NCBI GenBank assembly: GCA_021432655.1
Contig: MU271262.1
Coordinates: forward strand, 1 to 64,000
Source of the DNA: Atractiella rhizophila
Taxonomy: Eukaryota
Length of the DNA stretch: 64,000 nucleotides
Direction of reading: 5' to 3'
Shown: piece by piece, positions 49,251 to 62,534 of the stretch
How positions within the stretch are numbered: the stretch's first letter is position 1
Layout of the letters: each line of letters opens with the position of its first letter
The notes under the pieces: model-generated
Told to the model about the DNA's origin: nothing
Database searches by the model: none
The model's input: only the letters and a program-made list of their open reading frames with translations
Made by a program: the position numbers and the translations under genes

Positions 49251-50340
49251 ATGTCCATCCTACCGAGACTTGCATCCCGGCTACAACATACCTCTCGGCA
49301 GTCGAACTCTTTCACCCGTCCTTTCTTCTCCCACCCTGCTCACTTTCGATCCGTACGGGTACCTACACCTTTATCTCGACGGGGCTATGCCACGACGGAT
49401 GTTGCTGGTGCACCAAATCCTTTCCAAAACGCACCACGCCGAATTTCGGTCGCTACTCTCATTTTGACACTCATCCCAATAGCTACAACTTGCCTCGGTA
49501 TTTGGCAACTGCAGCGGCTACAATGGAAGCTTGACCTGATAGCACATGTGGAGGAAGCACTCTCTCTACCTCCAATGCGTTTACCGGCGCAAGTGAATGT
49601 GGAACGCATACCGGACTTTGCATGGAGGAAGGTCCGACTAGAGGGGAGGTTTGAGCACGAAAAAGAGATATTGGTTGGACCGAAGGGGAAGGACGGAAAG
49701 TTGATTTGGCACGTTTTCACGCCGTTTGTGAAGGAGGATGGGACAAAGGTTATCGTTAACAGGGGATGGATATGGGATGAATTTGCAGATCGAAGTACGA
49801 GGAATGGCGAGGTACGGCCACCCTTCCCTTCACTTTTCCTTCCTCTCGTTTTTCAGAATCAGAGGATGAGCTGACTTGAGGATGGAAGTAAGACGGATGC
49901 GAAGGTGGAGGTGATAGGAATGCTCAGAGCTCCTGTCCCAAAGAACTACTTTACGCCAGTAAACGTGCCAGAGAAAGGTCAATGGGTTTTTCCCGACCAA
50001 GAAGAAATGGCGCGACATCTCGGGACTCAATCAGTGCTCGTTGACGAAATTTTTGGTCCGTGTTACATCGATAGACTTTGGTTGTCTGAGGTTGACCAGA
50101 TGTTTTGTTGATGGATCAGAGGGAAATGCAGGCGACGTCAACTATCGAAGAAATCACGGAGTCCCTTTGGGTCGTCCACCCTCAATCGAACTTAGAAACA
50201 TGCATGCAACGTATGCTGCGACTTGGTACGACTTTCCCCATTTCAAGGTTAGACGATTGAGGTTGCTTTCTGCATAGGTTCTCAATAGCCTTCCTTTCGA
50301 GTGTGGGACTGTTTCGACTGGTACGCAAACGGCCCGCGTA
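49251..50340 (+). CDS. SHY1: SURF1/Shy1 cytochrome c oxidase assembly protein
   Basis: Mitochondrial presequence, LGIWQLQRLQWK, VIVNRGW, RNMHATYAATWFS. Confidence 0.92.
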
Positions 50341-50803
50341 AGGAGAGCCATTGTGTGTAGACCTCTGCATCCTAGCCTATGTTACTCTACTCAGCCCATG
50401 ACAATGCTATTGTCATTTAAAAAAGCTTCACTGGACCAAGATTACACCTTTCGCACAACACAGCCGTTGAAATCTATTAAATCAAAGGATTATCTGAATG
50501 TGATGCTTTGACTTCAGAGCAAGGTCGACTTACTCTGCGAATAAGTCCCATATCTTTCTCAGCTTCAATGCCTCAAGGGGAACGGTAAATTTTGGTTTCT
50601 GTGACTTTGGGTAGTCACAGTCTCCTTCATGCTTAACTTCCATAACGAGCCTCTGTGAGACTCATTGAATGTGACGGGAGAAGAGAGGTGGTTTGCAAGA
50701 GACAAATTGCAAATATTAGCCTCTAATACAGGAGGTATAACGAGATGCGATCCCTTTTGATGGCGGAATAAAAAGGTGAAGTAGAAGTAATCAAGTCGTC
50801 GAG

Positions 50804-52566
50804 TTATAGTATGAAGGTCAATGGCTAGCTCAAGGTGTCAGTTGACTTGGAGGAAAGAATATATGCAGAGAGGACATACGTTCTCCATGTAATCTTTGAA
50901 TGACTTCATCCACCGCGCTCCCACAGCGCCATCGACAACCCTGTGATCACAGCTCATTGTGACTTTCATCACACTGATAGCCTTGAATCCGCTCGGCTCA
51001 TCTTCTGCTTCAACCACCTTTCGCTCAGTCTCACCGATGGCAAGGATACAACTGGACGGAGGGTTGATGATAGCGGTGAAGTGGGAAATGCTGCCGAACA
51101 TTCCAAGGTTCGAAATCGTAAAGGTTCCACCCTGATATTCGTGCTGCTGGAGCTTCCCTTCCCGAGCTTTGACGGCCAGAGATTTCGACAGAGAGGAGAT
51201 GGTGGAGAGACCTTTGGAGCCAACGTTTGTGATGATGGGAGTGATGAGACCCGTGGGTGTAGCGACGGCCATAGAAATGTCGACTTTCTTGTGCCTGCAA
51301 TGGAAAGGTTCATCTTATCATCCAAGTGAGAATGCAAGACGCCACTTACTGTCGGATGAAGTCACCATACCATGCCGAATTGACCTCGGGGACATCTTGG
51401 AGGGCCAAAGCTGCACCTTTAACAATGAAGTCATTGACAGAGAGCTTGAGCCCTCCTTGCACTCCCTCCTTCTTCTTTCCCTCGCCAGCTTCCTTCGCCG
51501 CATTGTTAAAGACCTCCCTAAGCTTGATGATGCGGTCCATCTTGATCTCTGCCGTTAGGTAATAGTGCGGTGTGGACTGCATAGACTCCGATAGCCTTTG
51601 GGCGATAACCTTGCGCATTCCACTGAGGGGAATGTCGACGTATGTATCTGCCGGGGCGGCTGGAGGAGGAGCAGGTGCAGACTTAGGTGCCGCGGCAGCG
51701 GCAGAAGGAGATGTAGCAGCCGAAGGCTTGAAGTTCACGACATCCTCCTTAATTATACGGCCGTTCGGTCCGGTTCCCTTGACTTGCGAAAGGGGGATTC
51801 CTTTCTCCTGAGCGATCTTCTTGGCCACTGGAGAAGCAAAAATTCGATCGGCGGGCTTGTCGGAGGTCGATGGAGCAGGTTGGGAGGGAGCTGACTCTGC
51901 TTTTGACGGTGAAGGCTTCTCAGGCTCTGGTGCTGGCGGAGCCTCCTCCTTTTTTGGTGCTTCGGAAGAGGGCGCCGATGACTTGGCTTCTTTGATGAGA
52001 GCTTCAACCTCTGAGGCGTTGATTTCATCGCCCTCCTCAGCCAAAATGGCAATAGCAGAACCGACTTGAACATTCTTGGCTCCTCCATCCACCTATTCCA
52101 CATTCAAAGATCAAATTAACTATTCCCATTTACGCTCGGATAGGAGACACTCACGATGATCTTCGCGACGACACCGTCATCCTGAGCTTCAACATCCATT
52201 GTGGCCTTGTCCGTCTCAATTTCAAGCAGAACATCACCAGCAGTGAATGACTCTCCCTCCTTCTTCTTCCACTGCGAAATGCCACCTTCCGTCATCGTAG
52301 GCGACATGGAAGGCATAGAGAATTTAGATAGCGCCATGGCGTTTTGCGAAGAGTGGAAGCCTGTAGTGCAAAGTAATACGTGGGCATCAGCCTTCTGTTT
52401 CGTTGGGGCAATACAACTCAGAAGCTTGCACGCCTAACAGTCCCTTTGAAAAGAACGCGCTCTCCCACACGGACACCTAGAAATGAGAAAACGTACCTCG
52501 AACAGCATTTCGGGCGTATAACTCCTTGCGCAAGGCAGCAACTCTCCGTGGTACAAGTCGCAACAT
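50804..52566 (-). CDS. LAT1: Pyruvate dehydrogenase E2, dihydrolipoamide acetyltransferase
   Basis: Lipoyl domain [10 protein letters not shown]3-binding [10 protein letters not shown]...GTGPNGRI, catalytic DHRVVDGA, mitochondrial presequence. Confidence 0.96.
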
Positions 52567-54237
52567 TCTGGGACTGGAGTTCGCGAATTACTCTGTCAGT
52601 GCGCCAAAGCCACTACGTAGGAATGTCAAGGCCTACCAAAGGAAGGGAAAGTAGGATAACTCTGCTTTTGGGATGAGCTTTGGTGGTTTGGTTTTGGTTG
52701 GAAATATCTCGAAATATGACCCAAATTTTCAGGGTCACGTGCGATCCAAGGTAAAATGAACGGCGAAACGAAACTTTGAGGGTTTGATGGAACTCAGGAC
52801 AGAGGCGTGGGTTGTACCACATTTTAAGCTAGAACGACTAAGTGAGCTGGTTCAAGATCATCTCTTCTCCAAGATATTGCTAATGTGTTGTCAATAGTAG
52901 ACAGTGGAAATTGTAACAAGGATATATGACATCTCCTTCCAGCCAAGACGGTTTTCTAAGCTCTTACTGAACCTACTTGGATTACTCTCATCTTCTGGCA
53001 GAAGATATTACACTGTTTATGCCTTGTGCTTTGGATCTTCTAGGCAAGGATGCAAGACCCCGCCAAAGTTTGAGCACATAATCCCCAAAGTTCATGATGT
53101 CTGAGGTGTGTCGACGATTTTCGCAGCGAGCTACCTTCTGTTCCTCTCAGCCCGTTCAGTACTTGTCTCAGTAGATCCTGTCTTTCATGGGAAAGAGAAA
53201 CAAAGCAGAATTCTGAGCTGAAGGTCTCGAATTCAGTCTGATAAATCAGTCGTTGTCTGCTGGACCGCGCTCAGACTTGCGTGTTTTTTCTCAGAGCGGA
53301 TACGACGACGATGCACGGCGTCAGTATCAACGAATCCTAAAAGTTTGGATGATCATCATTTCACACTCTACTGTTGCTGAAAACTTCTTGTACTCTGGTT
53401 GCACGGTACTAGTGACGTGACAATGCCTTGGCTTGATTGAAACAATATCAGACCCCATGCTGCATAAAAGTGGTCTTTCTCACCAGCGTTTCTTAAGAGG
53501 TACTGGCTGGCGCACCGCCACCATCCTGAACCGTTTTAGAAACAATCAATTGAACTCCATGAGAACACTCACCGAGGCAGCAATTAGAGCGATGTGAACC
53601 ATGAGAAATAGATCTGGGCCTGTCTGGATGTCCTTAGCTTGGGATAGTGGTCTGAAAGTACATACGTCGTTGTTTCATGAGGACGAAGTAATGTGTCAAT
53701 AATTCTCTATGCGACCAAATAAATCGTTCGAAAACGTCGTATGCGTTTGTGCCAGACGAAGCCATTGTGATCTTCTTCTCCTCTCACCCTTCATCCCCAG
53801 AATGGCACTATTAACCACTCTTTTAACTGCAACGACTCTCCTGGCGAATCTCACATCAGCAGCGCGTATTCCAGTTGCGTTGCGACTCTCGAGGAGTTTG
53901 AGTGGATTAATTTCGCAATATGCGTCAGAGTATGGAGTCACGGGCTCTAAACCTCGTATGCAGACGCGACGCGTCTCTTGGGTGGTCGGAAAGTTAGGAG
54001 ATGCACAGTTGAACCGTGTACTAGGAACGCGTTGCTTGAGACCTGGAAAGTCAACTGCAACTGTAATTTCAAGGAATCCTCTGATCAGAATTGCGTTCCT
54101 CTCTGAGACGCGAGCGTAGGTCATCGCGTAGTTGTGTTTCTTGCGCCGTGCACGTCGCTCCGCATCAATATGGCATCAACGCAAAGCTACGTGTTACTCA
54201 TGTTTCTTGCGACTGTCTTAAGAGCAACGAGCAGGAG

Positions 54238-55240
54238 ATGAATTCTATGAAGAAAGGCATAAAAATGGACTTCCCAGATACGGAACTTAGGGATCCACGG
54301 GTGCTCGCGGCACAGCTACGCGGTTTCGTGAATCAGATTGACGTATCCCTTCAAATTGAAAACATTTGTAGACATTTGTACGAAACAGGTCTTCCTTCAA
54401 AATTTCATTTAAGAACATCCTCATGGGGGAAAAGCAGATTCATTATCGTTCTATCTACTGAGGAATGGTATGCGAATGGCCGAGGAAGTTGAGGTAAATA
54501 CGAGACGAGTTCTAACCATTCGCTTACTTTACCTAGTTCTCGACTAGCATACAGGCGCTGCCTCTGTCGTATGATCCACATTCAAAACGAATCAGATCTT
54601 ACCCGAATCGACCAGGATGGATCAGTCTGAGTCAAAAGACCGACGACACATTTGTAAAGGTCGAGATTCAAGACGGTAGAGTGTATCTCGAAATCGTTCC
54701 TGCCATCACCGCTGCCCGCGCGGATCCAAGCCAAATTATCATTCTCCCTCGAGCGAAATATCCAGCAGTATATAAGGACGGAGTAGAGGTATTACTGGAC
54801 AGGGACTGGACAGAGTGGGTGAAGGGTATAGCTTTCTTCATTGGGAATTGCCGGGACACCAGGTACCGAAAGGACTTCTTCGACGAGACAATGGTCGTGT
54901 GCGGAATAGACGTCCCGGAGGACATGATGGGAAGGCAGGGTAACGATATCTTCATTCGGCCAGCTGAAATCACACCTCACTTTGCCCAGTATTGTCAAAG
55001 ACATGCTGACTATGAGGAATTTTGCAGACTGTGCTTTATTGATGTGAGTTGTCCCAGTTTGTTCCAGACTGATGGTAACATTGGGCAAACGGTTTATCAG
55101 CACTTCAAACGCTTCCCATGAACTTGTCGGATTCGCGTCATCCAAATGAATCCTTCCCGTCCTCTCAAGCGGAATCAGTTCGAAATTATCTTTTCAAAGG
55201 TGTTCCTTCCATATTTGTTCTCACAATCAATAGATGTACA
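54238..55240 (+). CDS. Hypothetical protein, paralog 2 of the same unrecognised family
   Basis: Core exon 54537-55043 is bounded by AG/GT and aligns with the 47615 ORF. Outer exons uncertain. Confidence 0.55.
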
Positions 55241-55328
55241 ACACTAAGCCTTTTTTGCACACAATGCACAAGACAGGAGGATCCCTTCGCTCACTTCATT
55301 GGGGCCGTCCAATGTTTACAATGTCACA

Positions 55329-56959
55329 TCAGTTCCCGAAAAAGTTGGAATCTATCGCCAGGTAAGTAAACTGCAAAATATATCATCATCTCGAAAGAAG
55401 GACGTACTCCTGTCCACATGCCCCTACCAGAGTTGATGTCATTTCCGAGGAAGGCATGGAAGACGACCTTTGACCCGTCCTTAGCGAAGCAAGCGCTCCC
55501 AGGTGCCTTCAGACCGTAATCGCCAGTGACCTGTCATGATGCATTGAAACATTAATATTGACGGTTCTCGCATTCGAGTTGGAGCATGCGTACCAAGGTA
55601 GGCGCGACGGGTGCTCTTTTCTTGGTATAAGGTCCTGTTCCTTCTTCAGCTTACCAATCGCGCTATCAGGAATGGGTTAACTCGCCTTTGACATTGGTGG
55701 CATATGCGTAAGACAAGTCGTATCTGTAAAGGAATCATGAACATCGAGTTGTGACCACAGAATGGGAATGAAAGCGTACGTAGTTTCGGCGTAACAGCCG
55801 GAAGAGAAGAACAGGAACCAGACTCCGTTGACATGGATGAGAGAGGGAGCTTCGATGAGTGGTCCATCACCTACAAGACAACGTCAAGGTGCGCCGTCAT
55901 CAGTCTCATTTCGTTGGAGGAGCAGGAAAAGAAGGTCGCGTACCGTCATCCCTGTCTAGCACCTGTGTTTCTCCTCCAATCTTGGTGAATCCATCTGCAG
56001 CGCTCACTTGCTGGAGCATGAGCGGCGTAGACTTATAAGGAGGGACACCCTATTCGTCCGAACACATGATGGGTGAGAATCTCTCTTCTCTTCAAAGAAG
56101 TATTTCGATAAACCCACATTGTTGCACGTTCCGCCTATCGACATGTATCAGCATTCTCCTCTTTTAAAAAATGAAAACTCACCATTGCCTAAAGAGTTCC
56201 CGTCAATCTTGTAAACAACCCACTTGGTGCCATCGGGATGATGGTGGAAGGCGGCGTCGATTGAACCACCTTGCGTCTCGTGACAAACCCATGGTTGAGA
56301 TTGAGGGGTGTACGGTCCACGAGCTGTGCTGGACGTCGCAACGCCGATGCAATGAGTGTTGAGACTATCCCAGCGGCGCAATGAGCATTTTATGAATGAG
56401 AAACATAGTTGAGAATGGAAGGAAGAGAGGGAGGAAGGGAGACTCACGAAGAGGAAGTCGCTGCGTAGTACTGCCGATCACGATCAATTCAGTTATATTC
56501 TGTAGAGAGTAGGAGTATCGGGGAAGGTGAAGACGAACCATGACAAATTGTCCGTTGTCAAGTTGGGCGACCATGGGTGCCCAAACGTTACCTGCAGACC
56601 AGCTCCCAGAATTGGGGAGGGCATCAACGCTTCCTTGCAAGGTCCACGCGTTGAAATTGGCCGAAGTAGCGACTTGGACGTTTTTGCCGTTCCCATTCTA
56701 CACCGCCATTTACGAGCATTATCAGCGCGTTGGTGTAAAGGAGGGGGGTGGGAAAACGCACCGTGCCGTACGCATACCACAAGTTCTCGCTTGGAACCCA
56801 GATGAGAGACGGATCAGGGAAGTTCGAATTGATAGCTGGACCGGAGACAGATCGCTTGTCGAGGTGAGGGCCGATGGAAGAGGAGTTGAAGAAGAGCGGT
56901 GAGGCGGAGATGAGTGCTGGGAGGGAGACAGCGAGGAGGGAAGCGAGTGAAGGCGGCAT
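55329..56959 (-). CDS. Secreted glycoside hydrolase family 43
   Basis: Signal peptide, NFPDPS, WAP, HCIGVA...GPY, GSIDA, IEAPS, APGSA. The 3' end is approximate. Confidence 0.9.
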
Positions 56960-58039
56960 CTCAACTGTGGACTATGGAGTGAGCTCGTTCGAGCAGAGAC
57001 TGATTGGAAAGTAGATAGAGAATTGAATGGATGGGTTGAAATAACTATCGATAAAGAGGAGCTAGTTTTTGTACGTGATCAGGCTGAGCGATGCGTTGAC
57101 TGGCAGGAGCGAGACGCACAGGTCAGTCGTCAGGCAATCCACCAACCGCCTCTCCTTCTTATCCTTTCTCCCCGTTTATCCCCCACCTCCATGGTGCAAT
57201 CCATACATCATGTTGAAGCCCCAGCCATACGCCGAGGCGTCAATCTTCACCTATCATGAGGGATACCCCGCTGGACACTGGACTAGCTCTTCTTTGCGTC
57301 CTGAACAAACTGTGGAGAGAGCATGTTATTTGAAGCCGCGGAATCGGCGCCATCTTGGAAGCTCTGGCTGGAGAGCACGGAAGATGTACATGGATGATGA
57401 ACGTTGAACCGTTACTCTAGCATAATGCACTTCAAGCAAGTGCTGCTGTTCGCTGATAACAAATAAATATCTGAAAACCTCGAGTGAGGTAAGGAGAAAC
57501 AACAGCGAGTAGTAGCTGATGTGTGAGCCTTCATTGAGTTTAGCCATAGCTGTATCCAAGTAATCCACCAAGCGGCTCAGTATCGAAGCTGAAATTTTGG
57601 ACCATCTTATTATTGTTTGTGGATAGCCAATAGCTTTGGTTTGTTTCTCTAGTTTGCTATCACTACAGTGACGTCCTGCTCAGCTTCCTCTGAACATCCT
57701 CCTGCACTTCCATTAGGCAATTTGTTCCCCAAAGCATCAACCCTTGATCCGCTCGAAAGTTGATCTGCTTCAAGATAAAACGTTTAGCTCGCCGTGGGAT
57801 TTGACATCAATACGTCTGCATTCAGGCATTCAAAGTTTGCTTGGTGGAATTGGATAGAACACAGAGCTGTGGACTTCAAAGCAGTTCGAGTGAGTATTTT
57901 ATATGTTTTGCTATTGAAAGGGCTGGATTCTTGTAACATGGAAAGGGAAGAGAGACTGTCTAACGCTCCTTTTGCTGAGGCAGCTTCACGTGAAATCGAC
58001 TTGAGAACTTGACCGTGGTAAAGAAAGCAAAAACGCGTC

Positions 58040-58749
58040 ATGGATTCGACCCAAGTCTCGAATGGAGCCAATACGCTCCTAACCAATGCACAGGACACGA
58101 TTTATTCTGCGAAGGGGTACATTGCGGAGCGGCGTCAATAGTCAGTTTTCCTTACTTTCTGTTGCTCACTTCACGAATACGGGAATTCACTGGGTTGGGG
58201 ATGGCGACGCGCACAGTATTCAAGAACACTACCTTCCCCCTTTGACCGCATTGACAAAAGCGGCATTCATCCATTATCCGCTCACATCCACCTTCAGCGT
58301 CATCTTCATCTCTCTCGCCATCGTCCCGCTCTTCATCTTCCTTTCCCTAAGCTTGCTCATCACCGCTCTCTCTTTCGGGTTGGCCATCATCGTCAGCTCC
58401 CTATGGATTAGCGCTATATGTTCGTCTACTCTTCACGAAACTAATGAATGCATGACCGACGATCAACCTAGCTTTCGTTCTCATCCTCGTCCTCAGCTTA
58501 CTGTCCCTCCTCGCTTTCCTCCTCGCATCCTCCCTCGCAGTCTCTTACCTCGTGTATCTCCTCTTCTTCCACCTCACCACGTCTCCCACATTCCAAATCG
58601 GCCTCCAATCCTTCTCTTCCGATCTTATCCAGCACTTCACGCCGGGTGGGAAGAGCGTTCTATATGTCCCTGGAAGAGATGCGGGACGGAATGAACGGTG
58701 GGAGAATGCGGGACGAAGCGTAGAAGCTGTGAAGGGAAAGGAAGAGTAG
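58040..58749 (+). CDS. Small hydrophobic membrane protein, promethin/LDAF1-like
   Basis: Three exons. HYPLTSTF...VPLFIF followed by long hydrophobic hairpins. Confidence 0.55.
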
Positions 58750-59766
58750 ATTTTATGGAAATTGTGGAAATTCGGGAGGAGTGGTGAGCCTTTGTCATTT
58801 CTGCTGGTCAGGGGATCGTTCGAGATGCGGAAGTTGAAGGATGCTATTTTTTCATCAGAAGTCGAAGTCGAAGGAGTATTGTTTGGCTGTGTGTTGTAAT
58901 GTTCGAAAAAATATATAGAACTGTTCGTCTGTCTGCTGGAAATGGCTCATGAGATTTAATACCGACCTCTGCTTCGTCCTTCTATATGATAGATGGTTAA
59001 CATTGAAAGGCGGAGAGAGCTGTCGCTTTTCTCGATCAGTTTTGTGAATGTGAGGTTATCAGCTAGAGGTCACTTGACTCCACGTCCACTTAATGAAAAT
59101 GAAAGTTTATAAGTCCTGTAGCAGTTTGACTCACATTCCTCATTCGTTACAAGCGCTCATTCTCCAGCCTGGTGTAGTTGATAGTTTGACTCACATCCCT
59201 CTCCTTTGATCCCATCCCACCACCCTCCACCTCCACTGTGCAGTGTCCCGTTCACTGTCCGTTGACAGTCGGCAGATGCTTCCACCCGTTTGCCTATAGC
59301 TATTCCTCTCACGGAAGTTCGGCATCATCGATCTACCTCCCAATTCCTATCCCGTTCATAGCATCGAAATCACAGGATGAGTTAATTCACACCATACACT
59401 CTCTCCGTCCTTCGCGGAAGCAGTTGCTCCATGACTTGGAATAGTAAGTTCCTGTACCTTTGCGCTTGGCCGTGTGCGACAGAGTGCAATGCTGCTTGCG
59501 TGTTATACGCTCTCGACGTGTCCTGTTCCTGATTCTTCAGATTTCGGATGGTACGGGGTCTACCGACAGCTATATGGATTGTCGGAGGTACTGAGTTAGT
59601 TGTCAAAGCAGCACGTTTGTACTTGGGCGTAAGTTATAAAAAGGCGAGCTCTTCTTTCCACCCACCTTCCCTTTCCTTGTTACAGTCCAGCGATACTCGT
59701 CTTTCAAGCGCTCGAGATCTCGTGAGCGAGCATTAGGTTTAGTAAGTAAATAGAAGATAAAGAAGG

Positions 59767-61635
59767 ATGAGAGCGAAACGTGCGAGCGTGCTGGAGAACG
59801 TGCGCGGTTGGATCCCTTTCATGGATAGGAGCGACTCAGACGGGAGAGGCAAGCGGAAACTCACGCAGGGGGAAGAAGACGTGGCATTGCTCGACGATTG
59901 CGAGTACGACTGTGAAGCTGGTCCCTCATCCTCGTCACGCTCGTCCAATAGTCCCGAAACAGAGGAGCCGCACGCAGCAGATATTAATGGTGACGAAACA
60001 TCGGAGCTTCCAGTGTACAGCAGCAGTGGGACAACCACGACGACGAAGACGAAAAATATCTCGAAGAATCTGAAGAGGCTCCTGCGCTTTCGTTGGCTGA
60101 CAAAACAGCGCTCGATCACACTGGCGCTCCGTCTCGCACCCCTGCACGCGCTTCTTCCCCTCTCCCTACTCATCCTCATCCACTTCCTCACCCGCACCCC
60201 TCCCTCGCCCTGTCATTCCGTTCCCCTCTCTCCGTGCTCTCTAGCCAAACAAAAGCCACATCGTCCGTCACACCAAATACCGATTGGAGGAGACGACGAA
60301 GATCCTGTGACAATGGTCAAGAGGTCGTTGAAGGTCGCTAGCTACAATGTGCGGTACGATCCAAAGGCACAACCGTTGTATGTGCAGGCGGCGAAGAAGA
60401 TGTTTGTGAAGAGCGAAGGATTGGAGAAGAGCTGGTGCGAAAGACGGCTGTGGCTTACGGATCAGGTGAAGTGGGAAAGTCCCGACATCATTGGGTTTCA
60501 GGTACGCTCTTTCCTTACTCTTTAGTCCTTTAGACGTTGTGGGAGAGCTTCGTGCTGATTTATTTGCCTTTGCATCCTTGTGGCGTGGTGTAGGAACCCC
60601 TGCACCCCCAAGTCGAGGATTTGTCAAGCTTGCTTGGAGCAGAATATGATTGGCGAGGGGTGGGAAGGAACGATGGGAAGAAAGCAGGGGAATACGTTCC
60701 CATCTTCTGGCGTCGGTTCGTCCTCTCCCTTCCCCTCTTTCTCAATACTCAAACATCTACATGTACAGGGACCGATTCGAGCTCGTCGGGGAGCCAGAGT
60801 ATTTTTGGCTCTCGCCGACACCTCACATTCCAGGGTCGAAAGGCTGGGACGCTGTACGCATCGTCCTCTTCTCGCTTGCCTAGGGGAGCACACTAACGGG
60901 AAAGGACGATACAGCAACTGACGCGAATGTGCAACCTCATCCGCCTCCGAGACCTCCTCTCTCCCTCCTCTCCTCCGATTGTGGTCATGAACACCCACTT
61001 CGACCACCTCGGCATCGTCGCGCGGTACGAGAGCGGGAAGATGATACGCGAGAAAATAGCCGCTCAGGGAGACACGCTCGTCCTTTTCGTTGGCGATTTA
61101 AATAGTGTGGAGGAGGAGGAAGGGTATAGAGTCCTTACGGGCAATAAATATGTTGGGAGCTTGAAGGGACATCCGAAAGAGGTAAAGGATGTGGAAGGAT
61201 TGAAGTTTATTGATGCGAGACATGAGGTCCCTCTCTCTCCTGATGGTGGTACGTTTGTTCCTCTCCCTCAAACCTTAAAGTGTCGCTTATGTTCGTGGTG
61301 TTGTCGGTGCAGGTGAAAACATGTCGCGTCCGCTGGGAGACCAACATACGTTCACCGGCTTTGGGATAGAGAAGGACGCAGAATGGAAGGTGATCGACTT
61401 CGTCATGATCGCGGACAACGGCGTCGTTTCCGCCAAACCTCCTCCATCATCCACTCCGCAGCGAGATGCGGAACGGAAGGAGCAGAAAGAGAAACCGAAG
61501 TGGGGCGTGAAACGGTTTGGGATCGTCGACAGTCTTGTGTCTGAGGAGGGGGAGGGGAAGGGGAAGAAGACGAAGAGTCAGTGGAGGATTAGCGACCATC
61601 GGATGGTGGTTGCTGTGTTGGAGATCGAGGAGTAG
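59767..61635 (+). CDS. Endonuclease/exonuclease/phosphatase (EEP) family protein with an N-terminal TM helix
   Basis: SYNVRYD, DIIGFQE, GVGRNDG..GE..PIFW, FWLS.TP..PGSKGWDA, NTHFDH, GDLNS, IDF, SDH. Confidence 0.9.
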
Positions 61636-61816
61636 ATCTTCCTTCCTTACCTTTTGGCTTGACGGTATCCTATTTGGATTTGAAGATGGACATTATCTCA
61701 CGAAGTCTGTCTGTCCCAATGCATGATTGATCGCACACTGTACAGAATAGCGGATTGTAGCAATACATAGATACCCTCATGGATCACTGTCCCAAATGAT
61801 GCTGCACCAGCTCATG

Positions 61817-62534
61817 AACTTCTAGTCTTCTTATTTCTTAGAGATATCATCAGATGTACTGTCAGTAGGAAGAACGTTTTGATACGTATCTCCAAGTCTC
61901 TTCAACACGTAATCGCCTTGCTTGATGTCAGGATATTTCTTCGGTCTTTCCTCACTGATGCAGCTTGGGATAGTCTGTTGCACGTCCAATATCAGCTTAT
62001 GACGCGTAGATGTGAAGAGGAAAGACGATGGACGAACAGAGATGAGGGCGTCTTCGTTAGCTCCGTAAAAAAAAGGTACGCTGTACCTTGCTTTCCCCGA
62101 TAGGTTGATAGCACGATGTACGGTCGACACGTACACATCATCTATCCCATTCCCAAACGCATCTACGATCAGCATAACTTGTAGTCTTCTTATTTCTTGG
62201 ATATATCATCGCCTGTACTGTCAATGGGAAGAACGTTCTGATACGTATCTCCAAGTCTCTTCAAAACGTATTCGCCTTGCTTGATGTCAGGATATTTCTT
62301 CGGTCTTTCCTCACTGATGCAGCTTGGGATAGTCTGCCGCAATTCGAATATCAGCTTATGACGCATGGATGTGAAGACGAAAGAAGATGGACGAACAGAG
62401 ATGACGGCGTCTTCGTTGGCTCCGTAAAAGAAAGGCACGCTGTACCTTGCTTTCCCCGATAGGTTGATAGCACGATGTACAGTCGACACGTACACATCAT
62501 CTATCCCATTCCCAAACGCATCTACGATCAGCAT
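61817..62534. repeat. 359-bp tandem duplication of the last two exons of the 2OG oxygenase gene
   Basis: 61817-62175 versus 62176-62534, roughly 90% identical. Confidence 0.95.

Noticed and set aside
53696..54124. Overlapping 142-aa and 136-aa ORFs on opposite strands
   Set aside because: No motifs, homology or splice support.
55355..55370. ACTTACCTGG resembling the U1 snRNA 5' end on the minus strand
   Set aside because: The downstream sequence lacks U1 stem-loops and an Sm site. It is simply the complement of a splice-donor-like sequence.
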